This document shows positions 12,130 to 26,512 of a stretch of 64,000 nt of DNA, piece after piece (position 1 is the first letter of the stretch; every line of letters begins with the position of its first letter). The translations under genes and the position numbers were made by a program. Source of the DNA: Eledone cirrhosa (Eukaryota); NCBI GenBank assembly GCA_964016885.1, contig OZ024741.1, positions 321,346,001 through 321,410,000 of the forward strand, written 5' to 3'. The notes under the pieces were generated by a model. That model worked only from the letters and a program-made list of their open reading frames with translations. It was not told the origin of the DNA and ran no database searches.

Positions 12130-14640
12130 ATATAATATAATGTTAAGCCATATAATCTTATATAACCCTAAATGTCTACAAAGACCACTGTCTAGTACAT
12201 CCTATATCTCGACAAATAGACCCCTGACAAAAGTGAACTGGATATAGTAAGCAAATATATCCTCGACTCCATCGATTAAAAAAAAAAAAACAATTTAAAA
12301 ACAAGCTATCAAATTTGAAAAACTGCGTCTGAATAATCACATAATAACAGAGAAAATAAGGACATTAGAATTATTCCAGCTTGACATAATAGAATTTTAC
12401 CTGTCGATTCCAAAATCTTTACATTGAGCAATCTTAGATTACATTGATTATAATTCAGGAAATCTAATAATTATTAGACACTGATGTTATTGGAATAATG
12501 ATTTCTATGAAATTTCCTCTATACTTTGACGATTCTCCTTCTATGTGGAAAAAGAGGGTGATGAGTTATATATATATGTGTGTGTGTATGTGTGTGTGTG
12601 GGGGGGGGGGAGCCAGCATAAACACCTACGTTATAATCGAAATAAAATAGATTCATCCCCCTAAACATTTGGTTGTACAGACATATCTCCCATTACACTT
12701 AGGCGGGGTTTTTTTAATATATCGTAAATTTGCTTTATTTAGTGTATATTGTACAAAATATAATTTAGAGATATATCAGATGAAAGAATGGTATTTAACT
12801 AATGTATTGGTTGGTACGCGATGGGACCGACACACAGCCCCGGCGGACAGAATGGAGAAGGCGTTTCCCCGGAGGACGGCAAGGGAGACGGGCTTGAAAA
12901 GCCACTCCAACTCGTGGGGATCACACCTGCGGCTGGTCAGCTCAGCGCCTATGGTGGTGAGTAAGGAGGTAGCCCTGGGGCCGAGGACACCAGAAGTCTC
13001 CACTGCCAAGGGAACGACCGCAAACCAGTCGGAGAGCGACCGGTATTTGAGGAGTTTGGCCCCCTCAGCCCGACATGCAGCAGAACCTGGGTCAGTCGCA
13101 GACTGCACCAGGTTGCGGCTGCGGAAAGTGTCGGTGAAAGTGGCATCCCAGACGAGGGGTTTGCCACCGCGGAACGGGAAGATGGTCATGCCATCTGGCC
13201 TTTTGCCGTCCCCTAGATCCAGCCCCACCGGCTCGAGCTGGGAAGCGAAGCCTGAAGCGTCCAAGCCATGCTTAATGACCTCGTTGAGGGCAGCATGGCG
13301 TGGAATGCGGCCGGCACTGTGGCGACAGGAAAGCGGGTGGAGGCCGAAAGAGTCCACGGTGGAACCGCAGCGACATTTGGTGTGGCTGGCAGATCCGGAG
13401 GCCGAGCCTCAGGAAAACGCCGATTCACAGGCTATGGTTGTCTAGCTGCGTGCCAGTGGAAAAGGAGGGCAGGGCATGGAACCAGACACCACTGTGGGGT
13501 TTGGAGGCCGCGCGAAAACAAGCAAGGCGGTGTTGGTCGAGCTGGCGCGTGAGCCTGTCTGAGGCCAGGCTGCACTGGATGGCATCCCAAGTGCGTTGGG
13601 GGGACTTGACGTCAACAGGGGGAGAAGGAGGAGGGACGTCTCCGCAGCTGCTAGCTGGGAAGGAGCTGATGGCGGACATGATATCTGCATCAGTAGCCAC
13701 AAGGAGCAAGTGGGGTCGAGTGGGGGTATGGGTCTGAGATCAGTGGGTGGCTCAGGGTGTTTGAACCGCAGAGCAGCCAGGACCTCCTCGGTGGTTTGGA
13801 GGACAGTGTCCTCTGAGGCAACAACTCTGACTGCGGCCGAGACATCACCCATGATAAGCTTTGCGTTTACCTGGTCAGGCAAACGCTTGGCGCTGACCTC
13901 GGGGGTGGAGGATAGGGGGTACCTGAGGGTGGGTGTGTGGCGTCCCTGGGCACGCTTGGAATGGGCGCTCGCCCAAATGACGAGACATTGGCCTTGTGAG
14001 GATTGCCACCTAGAAACATATTTAGGGGAAAGTAATACATACATTTAAAGAATTCAATCTTTTTATTGCTTGTCAGAAATATCATAAGCATCATCAACGT
14101 TTTCACTATCCCGTTAGGTCTAAGAACACGTATAGAAAACCAAACAAAGAAATCTTCTGTCTAGAAATTTTAAACACTTCATACAATCATAAAAGCTCTA
14201 GTCGTCAGTATATGTCTAATATATCATGAGACAAAAACATTTAATTGCGATAAACATTATTACTATGGCGCACTAATAAAAGGTGGATTTAAAGAAAAAT
14301 CGCAATACACAAAGTAATAAAAACCCCAGAACGATAACACAAAAACAGATAATTTATTTGATTCAATTTACTCTTAAGTCTAAATATAGAGTTGAATATA
14401 AGTAAAGCTTTCTAGAGTTTATAGAAATTGTAACCCCCGGTCACCAACAAATGTAAGAAAATATTCCAAGAAATTACACTTTGAACGAAAATAACGCTAC
14501 TCTGATGTTTCAAAGGACCCACCTTGTTAGAAACAAGCCCAACTTACTACATTAATGTAAATATAGCAACAAGGGTTCCAAGACCAATGTGAATCTCTAT
14601 ATCGTTGCTCAACTTAAGAGATAGCAACCAAATCACTCTC
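12130..14640 (+). mobile_element. Highly decayed PLE relic interrupted by the CRE element
   Basis: LFQLDIIEFYLSI (RT motif) at about 12370-12410 and TYRKPN at about 14127-14145. Confidence 0.5.
12709..14010 (-). mobile_element. CRE-clade non-LTR element lacking the RT core
   Basis: CxCG...H..SC knuckle, RH, GKRPDG..WD..K..KY RLE and LRGNA terminus. AATAAA at 12734-12739 is followed by a short A-tail. Confidence 0.85.
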
Positions 14641-14911
14641 AAATTACGAAAAAAAAGGACAGAACAAGGATAACGTAGTCGTTATACATAGACAAATAAT
14701 CATAAAAATATAACTGGTCATATATTTGCTCGATAATTGCTGACCTGTAGCTAAACAATAACTGTAGAAATACGGTGCTGTACATGGTAAGGAGAAGAGC
14801 TAGGCCACCCTGCACAGACGAGTTAACCAGAGCATATTTATATACGTATATGTATATATATATACACACACATACACACACACACACACACATATATATT
14901 TATATATATAA

Positions 14912-14990
14912 TCTATATATATAAAACTACTGTTGACCGTGTGTGTGTGTGTGTGTGTGTCCTCATTTTTGCAAAGTCTATACAAATCCA
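14912..14990 (+). mobile_element. Possible non-autonomous Helitron 5' end
   Basis: A|TCTATATATATAAAACT followed by (TG)n, like the 16720 element. No 3' end was found. Confidence 0.4.
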
Positions 14991-15403
14991 CATTTCTACT
15001 CCGATTGACTTCAAACTTGCATTTATATATTCCTTGCGGTCTAAAGATATTAACTGCCGCTTTTATTTTTCAATTTTATGTTGTTAAAGAGGTGTTAGGT
15101 GCCGGTTATCCATCTCCGTCGCGCTCTTATAATATCTGTCTGTATGCCTGTCTGTCTGCATTACGACATTCTGACGAACATTGATGACGTATTATGTTCG
15201 CTATTATCCGTTCATTGCCAGGAAACGTCTTCACGAACCAAAGTATCGTCTTCCTGTTTTCCTTCGGTTGCAATGTTTTTCGAAATATTTACTTCTGTGT
15301 TCACAGATTGATGTGTTTAGTTTCAGAAGATTCCGTTAAGGGTGAAAGCAGCGATTCTTTGCTTAAACTTTAATCTGTTATTTTAATCTACATATATATA
15401 TAT

Positions 15404-15770
15404 ATTAATGAAGTAATTAAGTCGGAAAAGTCCAGGAAAAAAGAGTGCTCTATGTAGGTAACAGAGCTTAATAGTTATGTAATAAACAACATAAGGCAAT
15501 TATTTCATTTACCAGTGGTTTCTTAAAAGCAAACAAATTTTGCTTTCAATCATCAAAATGAAAAAATAATGGTGTATTTATTGGCGTTGGATTTTAAAAA
15601 CAAAAACAAAACAAAAACAAAAATATAATCTATAGATTATATTTTTGTTTTTAAAATCCAACGCCAATAAATACACCAGGATTTTTTCATTCTGATGATT
15701 GAAAGCAAAATTTGTTTGCTTTTAAGAAACCACTGGTAAATGAAATAATTGCCTTATGTTGTTTATTACA

Positions 15771-15777
<7 letters not shown>
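15404..15777. mobile_element. PLE terminal hairpin in (TA)n
   Basis: Palindrome 15471-15777 centred on ctatag near 15632, with a one-sided tail 15404-15470. Confidence 0.85.
15685..15745 (+). ncRNA. Type I hammerhead ribozyme, intact
   Basis: tttcatt-CTGATGA-ttgaaagcaaa/tttgcttttaa-GAAA-cc(act)gg-TA-aatgaaa; 7-bp stem I and 11-bp stem II. Confidence 0.9.
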
Positions 15778-15815
<38 letters not shown>

Positions 15816-15817
<2 letters not shown>

Positions 15818-16679
15818 CACCTTTCTAGTGGGTCCGGGTATGATTTTACACTCATTTAAATTATTAATTTATTGATATTTTTTATCTGAGTGTCCCGAAT
15901 CTTCTGTTATCGATTTTTTATCGTGCGGTTGATTTTAGACTTGTTCTATGTGTGACGGTATTTTAACGATAATTATAGCTCTGATTTATCTGAATTATTG
16001 AGCCCTCTGCCGCTCATTTCGAATTTTGTTTATCGTGAACTTGTGCGCCGATTTTTCGATACTCGATCATTCTAATATTTTTAGCTCTGGACATAGCTAT
16101 CCACCAGTTAATTTTATTGTTCATTTTTTGTCGATTCTATTGAGTGATGAATAGCTCCTGTTTTATTTTAACATGTCTATTGAGCACTTTTATTCGATAT
16201 GTGTATTTCTACATTTCCTCGAATAGTTTTCGCGGATGTAGAGGTTATCTCCCTTGCCGAATTCCATGTGCGTATTTTGCCTGGGTTTAGCCATCTTATC
16301 CGTTCGGACGAAGCTCGTTGAAGAAGTAAATTTCCAGTCCGCTGAATTCTAGAAGTCTTATATATTTATATGTGAGCTGATAGAGTACAGTTTAAGGATT
16401 TACAGAAACCCAAGAAGCTAGATTTAACACCTTTCTAGTGGGTCCGGGTATGATTTTACACTCATTTAAATTATTAATTTATTGATATTTTTTATCTGAG
16501 TGTCCCGAATCTTCTGTTATCGATTTTTTATCGTGCGGTTGATTTTAGACTTGTTCTATGTGTGACGGTATTTTAACGATAGTTATAGCTCTGATTTATC
16601 TGAATTATTGAGCCCTCTGCCGCTCATTTCGAATTTTGTTTATCGTGAACTCGTGCGCCGATTTTTCGATACTCGATCA

Positions 16680-16687
<8 letters not shown>
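15816..16687 (+). repeat. Partial tandem (1.4 x 610 bp) non-coding element, family B
   Basis: 15816-16077 is repeated at 16426-16687, with (TA)n on both sides. Confidence 0.85.
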
Positions 16688-17626
<939 letters not shown>

Positions 17627-18214
17627 TATATTAACATTATGTGTATAGGTACAGAGTATATAACCGAGACTACACCAACGTGTATAAATATATACACATA
17701 TCTAATATATAGGCATGTAAACATGCCAGAAAATACGAATTTCCCGGTAAACTTGTTGATCGCTCAGCCGCAGGTAGTCAGAGGTATTAATGTGAAAACT
17801 GGAATGTTGCAATGGGCTAAGACAAAGATGGAGGATGAGGGGGACGAAAGTGGGGTGTATTTAGTATGTATGTATGCATGTATGTATGTAGTATGTATGT
17901 ATGCATGCATATATGTATGTTCTTCTGGTTTTTAATTTCACAAATTTTTGCCAATAGAGAGTCGGTTTTTAACATAGTTACAAGACTCACTCATTGGAAT
18001 TTACACATCAACTAGGTAGATATGTATGAATGTCTGCCTGCATGCATGTGTGTGCAGGTATGGATGTTATTGTATGTGTGGATGTGTATATTTTGAGTCG
18101 TATGTGTGCATGTTCATATGCTTTGTATCTGTACATGTGTATATACAGTTATTAGATGCAGAATTTTGGGAATGTTTTACATATTTTTACTGTTCCATTA
18201 ATGGATTGTACTTG

Positions 18215-18500
18215 TAATTTCCTAACTAGTCGTGTTCTTTGTTTCTGTGTAGCCCAACTTCTCAAGATTTGTACTGAGATGGTTACTAACATATCCCAGT
18301 GCCCCAATAAACACAGGCATAAATCTGAAGGTATAATCAGGGTGGAATATCTGCAGATTTCTCATTAGTTCTGCATAAATATTCTCCTTTTCGCTAATCT
18401 TTAATATTATATTGACATCTACTGGGCAGCTAACTTCCACTACTGTGCATGCCTTCTTTTCCCTGTCCCATATCATTATATATTGTCTGTTATGCCTGTA
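18215..18500 (-). mobile_element. R4/Dong-like RLE fragment
   Basis: HNRQYIMIWDREKKACTVVEVSCP...K..IY...PVFIGALG. Confidence 0.75.
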
Positions 18501-18575
18501 TATTATATTTATGTATGTATGTATGTATGTATGTATGTATGTATGTATGTATGTATGTATGTATGTATGCATGTA

Positions 18576-19969
18576 TCCCAGTACAACCTGTCTCATGGTC
18601 GGTCGTTGGCGATTAAACTGGCAACCCGACCAAGGTTTCTTGGTGAGGACTAAAAACAAAACCTGTCAAAGGGAAAAGGAGCTCTTAAGAGTCAATGGCC
18701 ATCCAAAATCACCGGGGGAGATGACCCCTTTAGCCTTTGTCAAGGCAGAATTCTAGGAGAAGGAAAACTCTGATATAACACCTGCAACTCTGATGGTATC
18801 CAATGATGTTGACTTGTTCTTCTTTTTGGTAAATATCATCTTGGTTAAGAGAGTGGGACTGGCTTTGTGCAGTGCCTTTGTTCACTATAAAAGCTTCATG
18901 GCACAGGCATTGCTTTGTATCTGGAGATCTCTCTGCACTTGTCATCACATGGTACCATGGGCCCAGCACTCTGTGTCAATAATTGTATGTATGTATCAGG
19001 TCGCTCTCGGGTGCTACTGGTAACATGTAACCCAGTACAACCTGTCTCATGGTCGGGTCGTCGGAGACTAAACCGACTACGCCACCAAGCTTGCTTGGTG
19101 AAGAGGGTGATATTTGGACATCCTGTGGGATGAAATACAAGACCCAGCAAAGGGCGGAGGAACTCAACAGAGTCAATGGCCATCCAAATAGTACTTTTTT
19201 TTTACCTAGGAGTGAAAGGCCCCCAGTTGTTGTCACAACACCTTTCTAATAGAGGGAAACTCTGAAAAACAATCCTGCAGCTTCGGGAGCATCTGATGAT
19301 GTTGACCAGTTCTCCTTTTCGAGTAGTGTTTTCGATGCTCAGAGAGTAGGATTGGTCGAGTGCAAGGCCTTTTCCCACTTAAAAAACTTTCAAAGCAGTG
19401 GCATTGCTTGTTCGGGATCTGTTATAATCTGACAAGTGATTGCAATACTCTTAGCAGAGTTTGCAGCCAACATGTATGTATGTATGTATGTATGTATGTA
19501 TGTATGTATGTATGTATGTATGTATGTATGTATGTATGTATGTATGTATGTATGTATGTATGGAGAGATGACCCCTTAGCCTTTGTCAAGGCAGAATTCT
19601 AGGAGAAGGAAAACTCTGATATAACACCTGCAACCCTGATGGTATCCAATGATGTTGACTTGTTCTTCTTTTTGGTAAATATCATCTTGGTTAAGAGAGT
19701 GGGACTGGCTTTGTGCAGTGCCTTTGCTCACTATAAAAGCTTCACGGCACAGGCATTGCTTTATATCTGGAGATCTCTCTGCACTTGTCCTCACATGGTA
19801 CCATGGGCCCAGCACTATGTGTCAATAATTGTCACAAGTGTAGTGTTTGTACCAGAGTTTTCAAGTCGCTGGCTGGACTAAAAAGTCACACTCGTTCAGC
19901 GCTTCGGTAGGGGTTCTCCTACATGGGTATAAAGTAGTGGCCGTACTCGAAAACGAGTTGGCAGCCACC
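18576..19969 (+). mobile_element. Three head-to-tail copies of a non-coding SINE-like family separated by (TGTA)n
   Basis: 18576-18984, 18997-19470 and 19562-19969 are mutually homologous and homologous to 60100-61270. Confidence 0.8.
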
Positions 19970-21049
19970 ATGTATGTATGTATGTATGTATGTATGTATG
20001 TATGTATGTATGTATGTATGGGGTTTTTTTATAGGTAAACAGTCAGAAAACCATATCTAAGGCTTTTAACATTTCAGGTCGAATTCCCAGAGACCTTGCC
20101 ACTGTCAGAGAGATGTTAGAATACTGAGATGCATTGGAATATGCGATAACTCAAATGTAACGAAACGAATGGAAAATAGGGCAAACACGAACAAACAAGG
20201 TTGTACAACAATGGAGTTTATACTACTTGGTTGTCTGTCTGTGCGTCTCCGGCAGTTAGTATTCTGTCCCTCTCTTCCGAATGACGTTATCCTCGTGTGG
20301 AAATATCGTCATGTAGCACCCTAAGATACGGTTTCCTGGCCGTTTACCAACCAAGAAAACATGATTTCGAAGCGAAATTAACAAATCGTACATGCTTGTG
20401 TCTATATATATATATATAACCAAAAGTTAAACAAGGTTCATTGATTAATCAATGAATATAGTTTTACAATAGATTAGATGCACTCAACAGTTAGGTTTTC
20501 TGGAGTTATTAATATTACTTCAAAATATTAATAAATATAGACATTCATGTGATCAAATATATTTTATTATATATATTTCAGAGGTACTGTGCTGTTTCCT
20601 CAGTACGTCCTCATCAGATAAAATAAATTGATGTCTGACATACCTCAACTGTGCTGATGGTTCAATTCCAGTCTTGGCAGTGATTAGTTATGACAAAACT
20701 CAATATTTATATACCATAAGTAGTAACATGACAAACTACATATAATTGAGAGGGTACGTAGGAAAAGGTGTAGAAAAAATAAAATAAAAACATATATAGG
20801 TAAGTAAAATACATAAATACATCAGTACATAACTGTAAAATATTTAAATAATTAAATATGTAAATATGCGTATTAGAGAAAAAAAGCAAATAAGAGAGGA
20901 GAAAAGGAAAAGATAGAGATGAAGATAAAAACCGAAGAAGGGGAGATATAGATAGTATAATATAATTACATAAGGAAAAGAAGAATAGAGGTATATGATG
21001 CGTGTCCGTTTTTTTTTTCAAATATTAAGTTAGGTAGAAATGATCAATT

Positions 21050-22070
21050 AAATATCCCCTGCAGGGAAGATGCCTAACGAAGGGCCTGGTATATAAATGT
21101 GTGGTTAGCACGCACAATATAAAGCGCACCTACATCGGCGCAACATCCACGACCTTTAAATCGTGGATGTATAACCACACGAACTCTTTCAAGGACCGGA
21201 GCAAGAGGCACTCTACTAGGCTGGCGGACCTGGTGTGGGACTTGAAAGACAAAGGCACCCCGTATACCCTTAACTGGAGTATCGTTCGGCACGCGAATGC
21301 ATACTCGGCTGGAAATAGAAAGTGTAGGCTATGCCTATCCGAGGCAATGGAGATAGTCAGACTGAAGGATGATGCGGTCAACCTGAAATCGGAAATAATC
21401 ATGACGTGCAGACACCACTCTCCGCATGGAATCCACTGGGCAGCCCAAGCTAAAGGCATGCGGCGGAGCGCACGCCGACCAGAGCGGCGAAACGGGTTCA
21501 AGAGATCAGACACCATACCCTGATGACTATATATGCTCCGTGGGGTAAGCCGAAATAACCCAGGATGCCTACCCGACTCTTCACGTCACCCTAGGCAGGA
21601 ACATCGCCTGAGCCGGGACAGGTTGACCCGGATTCCATTGACTTTCAGTCAAATGCCTTACACCAATAAGACAATATACCTCAACCACAGTGACATACTA
21701 TAGTATGGCCGGTCCACGCACCCCCATGCATGTGTATCTTTTCAATAGAGAGTCCATGCTCCCCACGTATTCCATTTTGTAACACCTAATGTATTTTCCG
21801 TATACAGACCTACGTGTGTATCTCATACTTCTCTTGTGTACTATCTCATATGCATACACGTTCCTTCTTTTTGTATATATTTTCTTTTTTTATATATTTT
21901 CTGCAGCATTTTCTATGTACGGTCTGTGCATACTATTTACTGTAATACCATGAACGCCCATTATGTGGCTTTACGTGAAGATTCCATATGTGGTTTGATC
22001 CATGTTTGCAACGTAACAACATTTCTGTAGACACATACAACTGGGCGCACCCTTTCATGTAAAACACACT
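21050..22070 (+). mobile_element. PLE (Naiad-like) GIY-YIG 3' fragment plus UTR
   Basis: PLQGRC..LVY..YIGATSTTFK..YNH..SF..T.L..VW.LK..CRLCLSE..N..SE...CRH. Confidence 0.9.
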
Positions 22071-22128
22071 GTGTGACGTTATATGTATATTTTTAATATA
22101 TTTTATATTTCTTTTATATATATGTATA

Positions 22129-22217
<89 letters not shown>

Positions 22218-22945
22218 ATATATGTATATGGTTATATTGTTTATATATGTGCATGTTTATAACAAGATGCATCCTTTCATGTATGACCCATTGTGTATCT
22301 TTATATGACTTTGTGTGTATATCATATTTGTGTATTTATATATAGATATGTATCTTTTTATACGTGCGTGGGCGTGTATGTGAATATGCGCATATTTGTA
22401 AGAGTGTATATGAGCCAGTGTGTGTGTGTATGTACAAGCACCCACTGTAGGTAAAGGACTTGTTTGTGTGTATATATATATATGTGTGTGTTTGCGAGCG
22501 AGTGTGTATCTGTGCCTGTGTATATGGATACGTGTGTGTATGTGTGTGTTTGTGTGTGTGTGTGTGTGTGTTGATGTTGATGTTTATAGGCATGTAGGCA
22601 TGCGTCTGTGTATGCGTATGTTTATAGGTTTATATGTTCTCCTTAAATGTGTGTGTATAGCGGGAGTCTATGCGTACGACTGTCGTTATCTATGTGATTG
22701 TGTGTGTGTGTGTGTGCGTGTGTGTATGTGTGTGTGAGTGTGCGCGTGGACGTGTGAACTACCAAACCCAGCAGTAATTCATTGAAATATGGCAGACATG
22801 GGACAGCTGATGGTCAGTCGAACGGTACCTGTGGTCAGAATTATGATGACGTAGACAACCAGCGGCCAATAACAGGACGCGCGAAGAGGATGAAGTTTTT
22901 GACGGTAATACACCAGTGAAAGAATTTGCTCCGAAATCATAAGAC

Positions 22946-23041
22946 GTGTCCGTCGACCCTGCGGGTCCAGAATCAGACAGATCCACACAATGATCGTGTC
23001 TCGAGCTGTCCGCCGGCGAAACAATTGTAACACACAATAAA
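22946..23041 (+). ncRNA. Decayed hammerhead with extended stem II, followed by AATAAA
   Basis: gtgt-CCGTCGA-long stem II-GAAA-caattg-TA-acac. The 5' core is mutated. Confidence 0.5.
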
Positions 23042-23084
23042 TTGAGTTCAGATGCATCACTGATTTTTCGTTTTATATATATAT

Positions 23085-23203
<119 letters not shown>

Positions 23204-23554
23204 CAAATATTTAGGTTGAAAAATTAGCTTTTAAACCATTTTTAATTATTTATACGTTTCGAGCGAGTTGTGCATCCAATTATTCTTTCGCTGAGAGACA
23301 ACGGGGAAAGAAAGAAAGAAAGAAAGAAAGAAAGGAAGAAATGCAAAGAAGGGGGGGGGAGATTAATGAGATCTTTATGAGTCTATATCTCTGGCCTCGT
23401 TCCTACGCTCGAGAGGAGACATCTATGGATTATGCACATTTTGTCAAAGCTTACAAAATTTTAATTTACATATCAGGCAGACGATTTTCTGATTTTCTTT
23501 TGTTTTCTTTTCTGTCTTTTATTATTACTTTCTGATTCTCGCTGTATCTTTGAT

Positions 23555-23637
<83 letters not shown>

Positions 23638-23682
23638 TGTGTGTGTGTGTGTGTGTGTATGTGTGTACATACATATATATAC

Positions 23683-23736
<54 letters not shown>

Positions 23737-23787
23737 GTATGTGTGTGTGTGTGTGTGTATATACATACATATATATATACATATATA

Positions 23788-23868
<81 letters not shown>

Positions 23869-23873
<5 letters not shown>

Positions 23874-25116
23874 TTAAAGTATATGATAAACACGAAATGT
23901 GTTTACATTGCAACAGACAAAGTTAGTTATTAATGAAATAAACTAATAAAAGTGAATACAATTTGTCTGTCTCGATACAAGTCAATAAAGACAAGCTTAT
24001 ATTGGCAACTGCCATGATTCCTGGACATATTTAAATTTCAAAATTCAAACCTGTTCTGTAGACGAATTTGAACCTCGAAACCCAAATAAGTTTCGCAATG
24101 GTGGAATGTGAATTGAAAAATAAAGAGAATCGAAATGGAATAGAAATAAAAGAGTGAAATATCCAAATCATCTGTGCATATCAACAGGAATCCAGTAAGA
24201 TTAGTCTATCTCACATCAAAAATTTTGCAGGACTGACTACACGTGGGTAGGCAGGCCAAAACTAGCTATCCCACATTCACGGTGCTAGAAATAACAGCCG
24301 CTTATGCATGATTAAGGATCAGCTCTTACAATAAAGGAGCTATACATTATATTATATTTTGAGAATAAACTCTCAGTCGTTTACAATTGTATTCACTTTT
24401 ATTAGTTTATTTCATTAATAGCTAACTTTGTCTGTTGCAATGTAAACACATTTCGTGTTTATCATATACTTTAAATGTATTTAACTGCTCGGAAGAGCCC
24501 CTTCCTGGAGCTTAATTATTGTAAACGACTGAGAGTTTATTCTCAAAATATAATATAATGTATAGCTCCTTTATTGTAAGAGCTGATCCTTAATCATGCA
24601 TAAGCGGCTGTTATTTCTAGCACCGTGAATGTGGGATAGCTAGTTTTGGCCTGCCTACCCACGTGTAGTCAGTCCTGCAAAATTTTTGATGTGAGATAGA
24701 CTAATCTTACTGGATTCCTGTTGATATGCACAGAAGATTTGGATATTTCACTCTTTTATTTCTATTCCATTTCGATTCTCTTTATTTTTCAATTCACATT
24801 CCACCATTGCGAAACTTATTTGGGTTTCGAGGTTCAAATTCGTCTACAGAACAGGTTTGAATTTTGAAATTTAAATATGTCCAGGAATCATGGCAGTTGC
24901 CAATATAAGCTTGTCTTTATTGACTTGTATCGAGACAGACAAATTGTATTCACTTTTATTAGTTTATTTCATTAATAGCTAACTTTGTCTGTTGCAATGT
25001 AAACACATTTCGTGTTTATCATATACTTTAAATGTATTTAACTGCTCGGAAGAGCCCCTTCCTGGAGCTTAATTATTGTAAACGACTGAGAGTTTATTCT
25101 CAAAATATAATATAAT
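23869..25116. repeat. Inverted plus partial-tandem non-coding element (557-bp unit), family C
   Basis: 23869-24386 is the reverse complement of 24518-25036, and 24385-24559 is repeated at 24942-25116. Flanks are (TA)n. Confidence 0.9.
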
Positions 25117-25861
25117 ATATATATATATATATGTATGTATCTATGTATGTATGTATATTGTCATTTCTCAGAAGACAGATCAAACCGGAAAATATCTAAA
25201 TAAAAATCCAATCACAGTCACAAACCATTCCCATTCCTTTTCGGCACTCCATTTACCGACATTCGTCAGTCGGCAATCGTCTTCCATGTTTGCTAAGTTA
25301 AAAAAGATGGCGCCTATTGTTAGTTGATGGTTATAACTGTCACTGCTAAAGAAAAATCACTGATATTTCAAACCTCTATTCCCTGACCCGAAATAACCCT
25401 TACACCCACTCTTGCTATTACCCACACACCCGCACACGCACTCACACATGCACACAAGCACATACACCCATACATACTCATACACACATATATACATATG
25501 TGCGCGTGTGTGTTTGTGTATGTGTGCATGCATATTATCCAAGGAATTCGCCCATTGGCATAAAGGTTGTTCACACACCAACACACATACACACAATCAA
25601 ACATAAAATGTAAATCCCATATATGAAGGATGGATGGACCAATACATTGGTGTATTTAGTGAGCAGCATTAAGAACTAATATATTGAATTGAACAGGTAG
25701 AGGCGTGGGTCGATGATATATATACATATGTGATGTATATGTGTTTATATATACGTATATACATATGTTTACTGTCTCCGCATATATTTCTAGATGTGTA
25801 TATGTAGTCATTTATGTACATATATGTTTTTGCCGGTGTTCGTGTATACATATGTATGTGA

Positions 25862-25901
<40 letters not shown>

Positions 25902-26222
25902 GGGGGGTGCGTGTGTGTGTAGATAGATATATAGACAGACAGGCAGACATATAGATGGATAGATAGATAGATATGATATATGTATGTATATACAAACATA
26001 CAGGCACAACCATGTATATCTATATCTATATCTATCTATATATGTGTGTGTGTATACATTCTTCTATGTTTCTGTGTAGTTATAAGGCTTTATCTAATAC
26101 ATTTGCACATAATGTATGAAAGTATACATATAAATATATACGTGTATATGTGCGTGTAGATAATTGTGTATACACAAGCTTGTCTGTTTATGTATTTAAG
26201 AATGTATATATATATACACACG

Positions 26223-26252
<30 letters not shown>

Positions 26253-26254
<2 letters not shown>

Positions 26255-26439
26255 ACGAAGGAAATGTGGTAAGGAACCAGGTGGACCATAACGCACCAAA
26301 GTACTCAATACTTGAGGTAGTAGAGTGGGTAATAGGAACCAGTAAGACCCCGACAGCTGAGCTCAAGCCGTTTCGACGGCTAATTCTGAGAATTAGCCGT
26401 CGAAACGGCTTGAGCTCAGCTGTCGGGGTCTTACTGGTT

Positions 26440-26443
<4 letters not shown>
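26253..26443. mobile_element. Family A short PLE hairpin
   Basis: Tail plus perfect arms around a 1-nt centre at 26388. Confidence 0.85.

Positions 26444-26512
<69 letters not shown>

Noticed and set aside
20581-20625. Hammerhead-like CTGATGA..GAAAC on the minus strand
   Set aside because: Stems I and II do not pair. Similar unconvincing relics at about 3140, 4490 and 23255 were not called.
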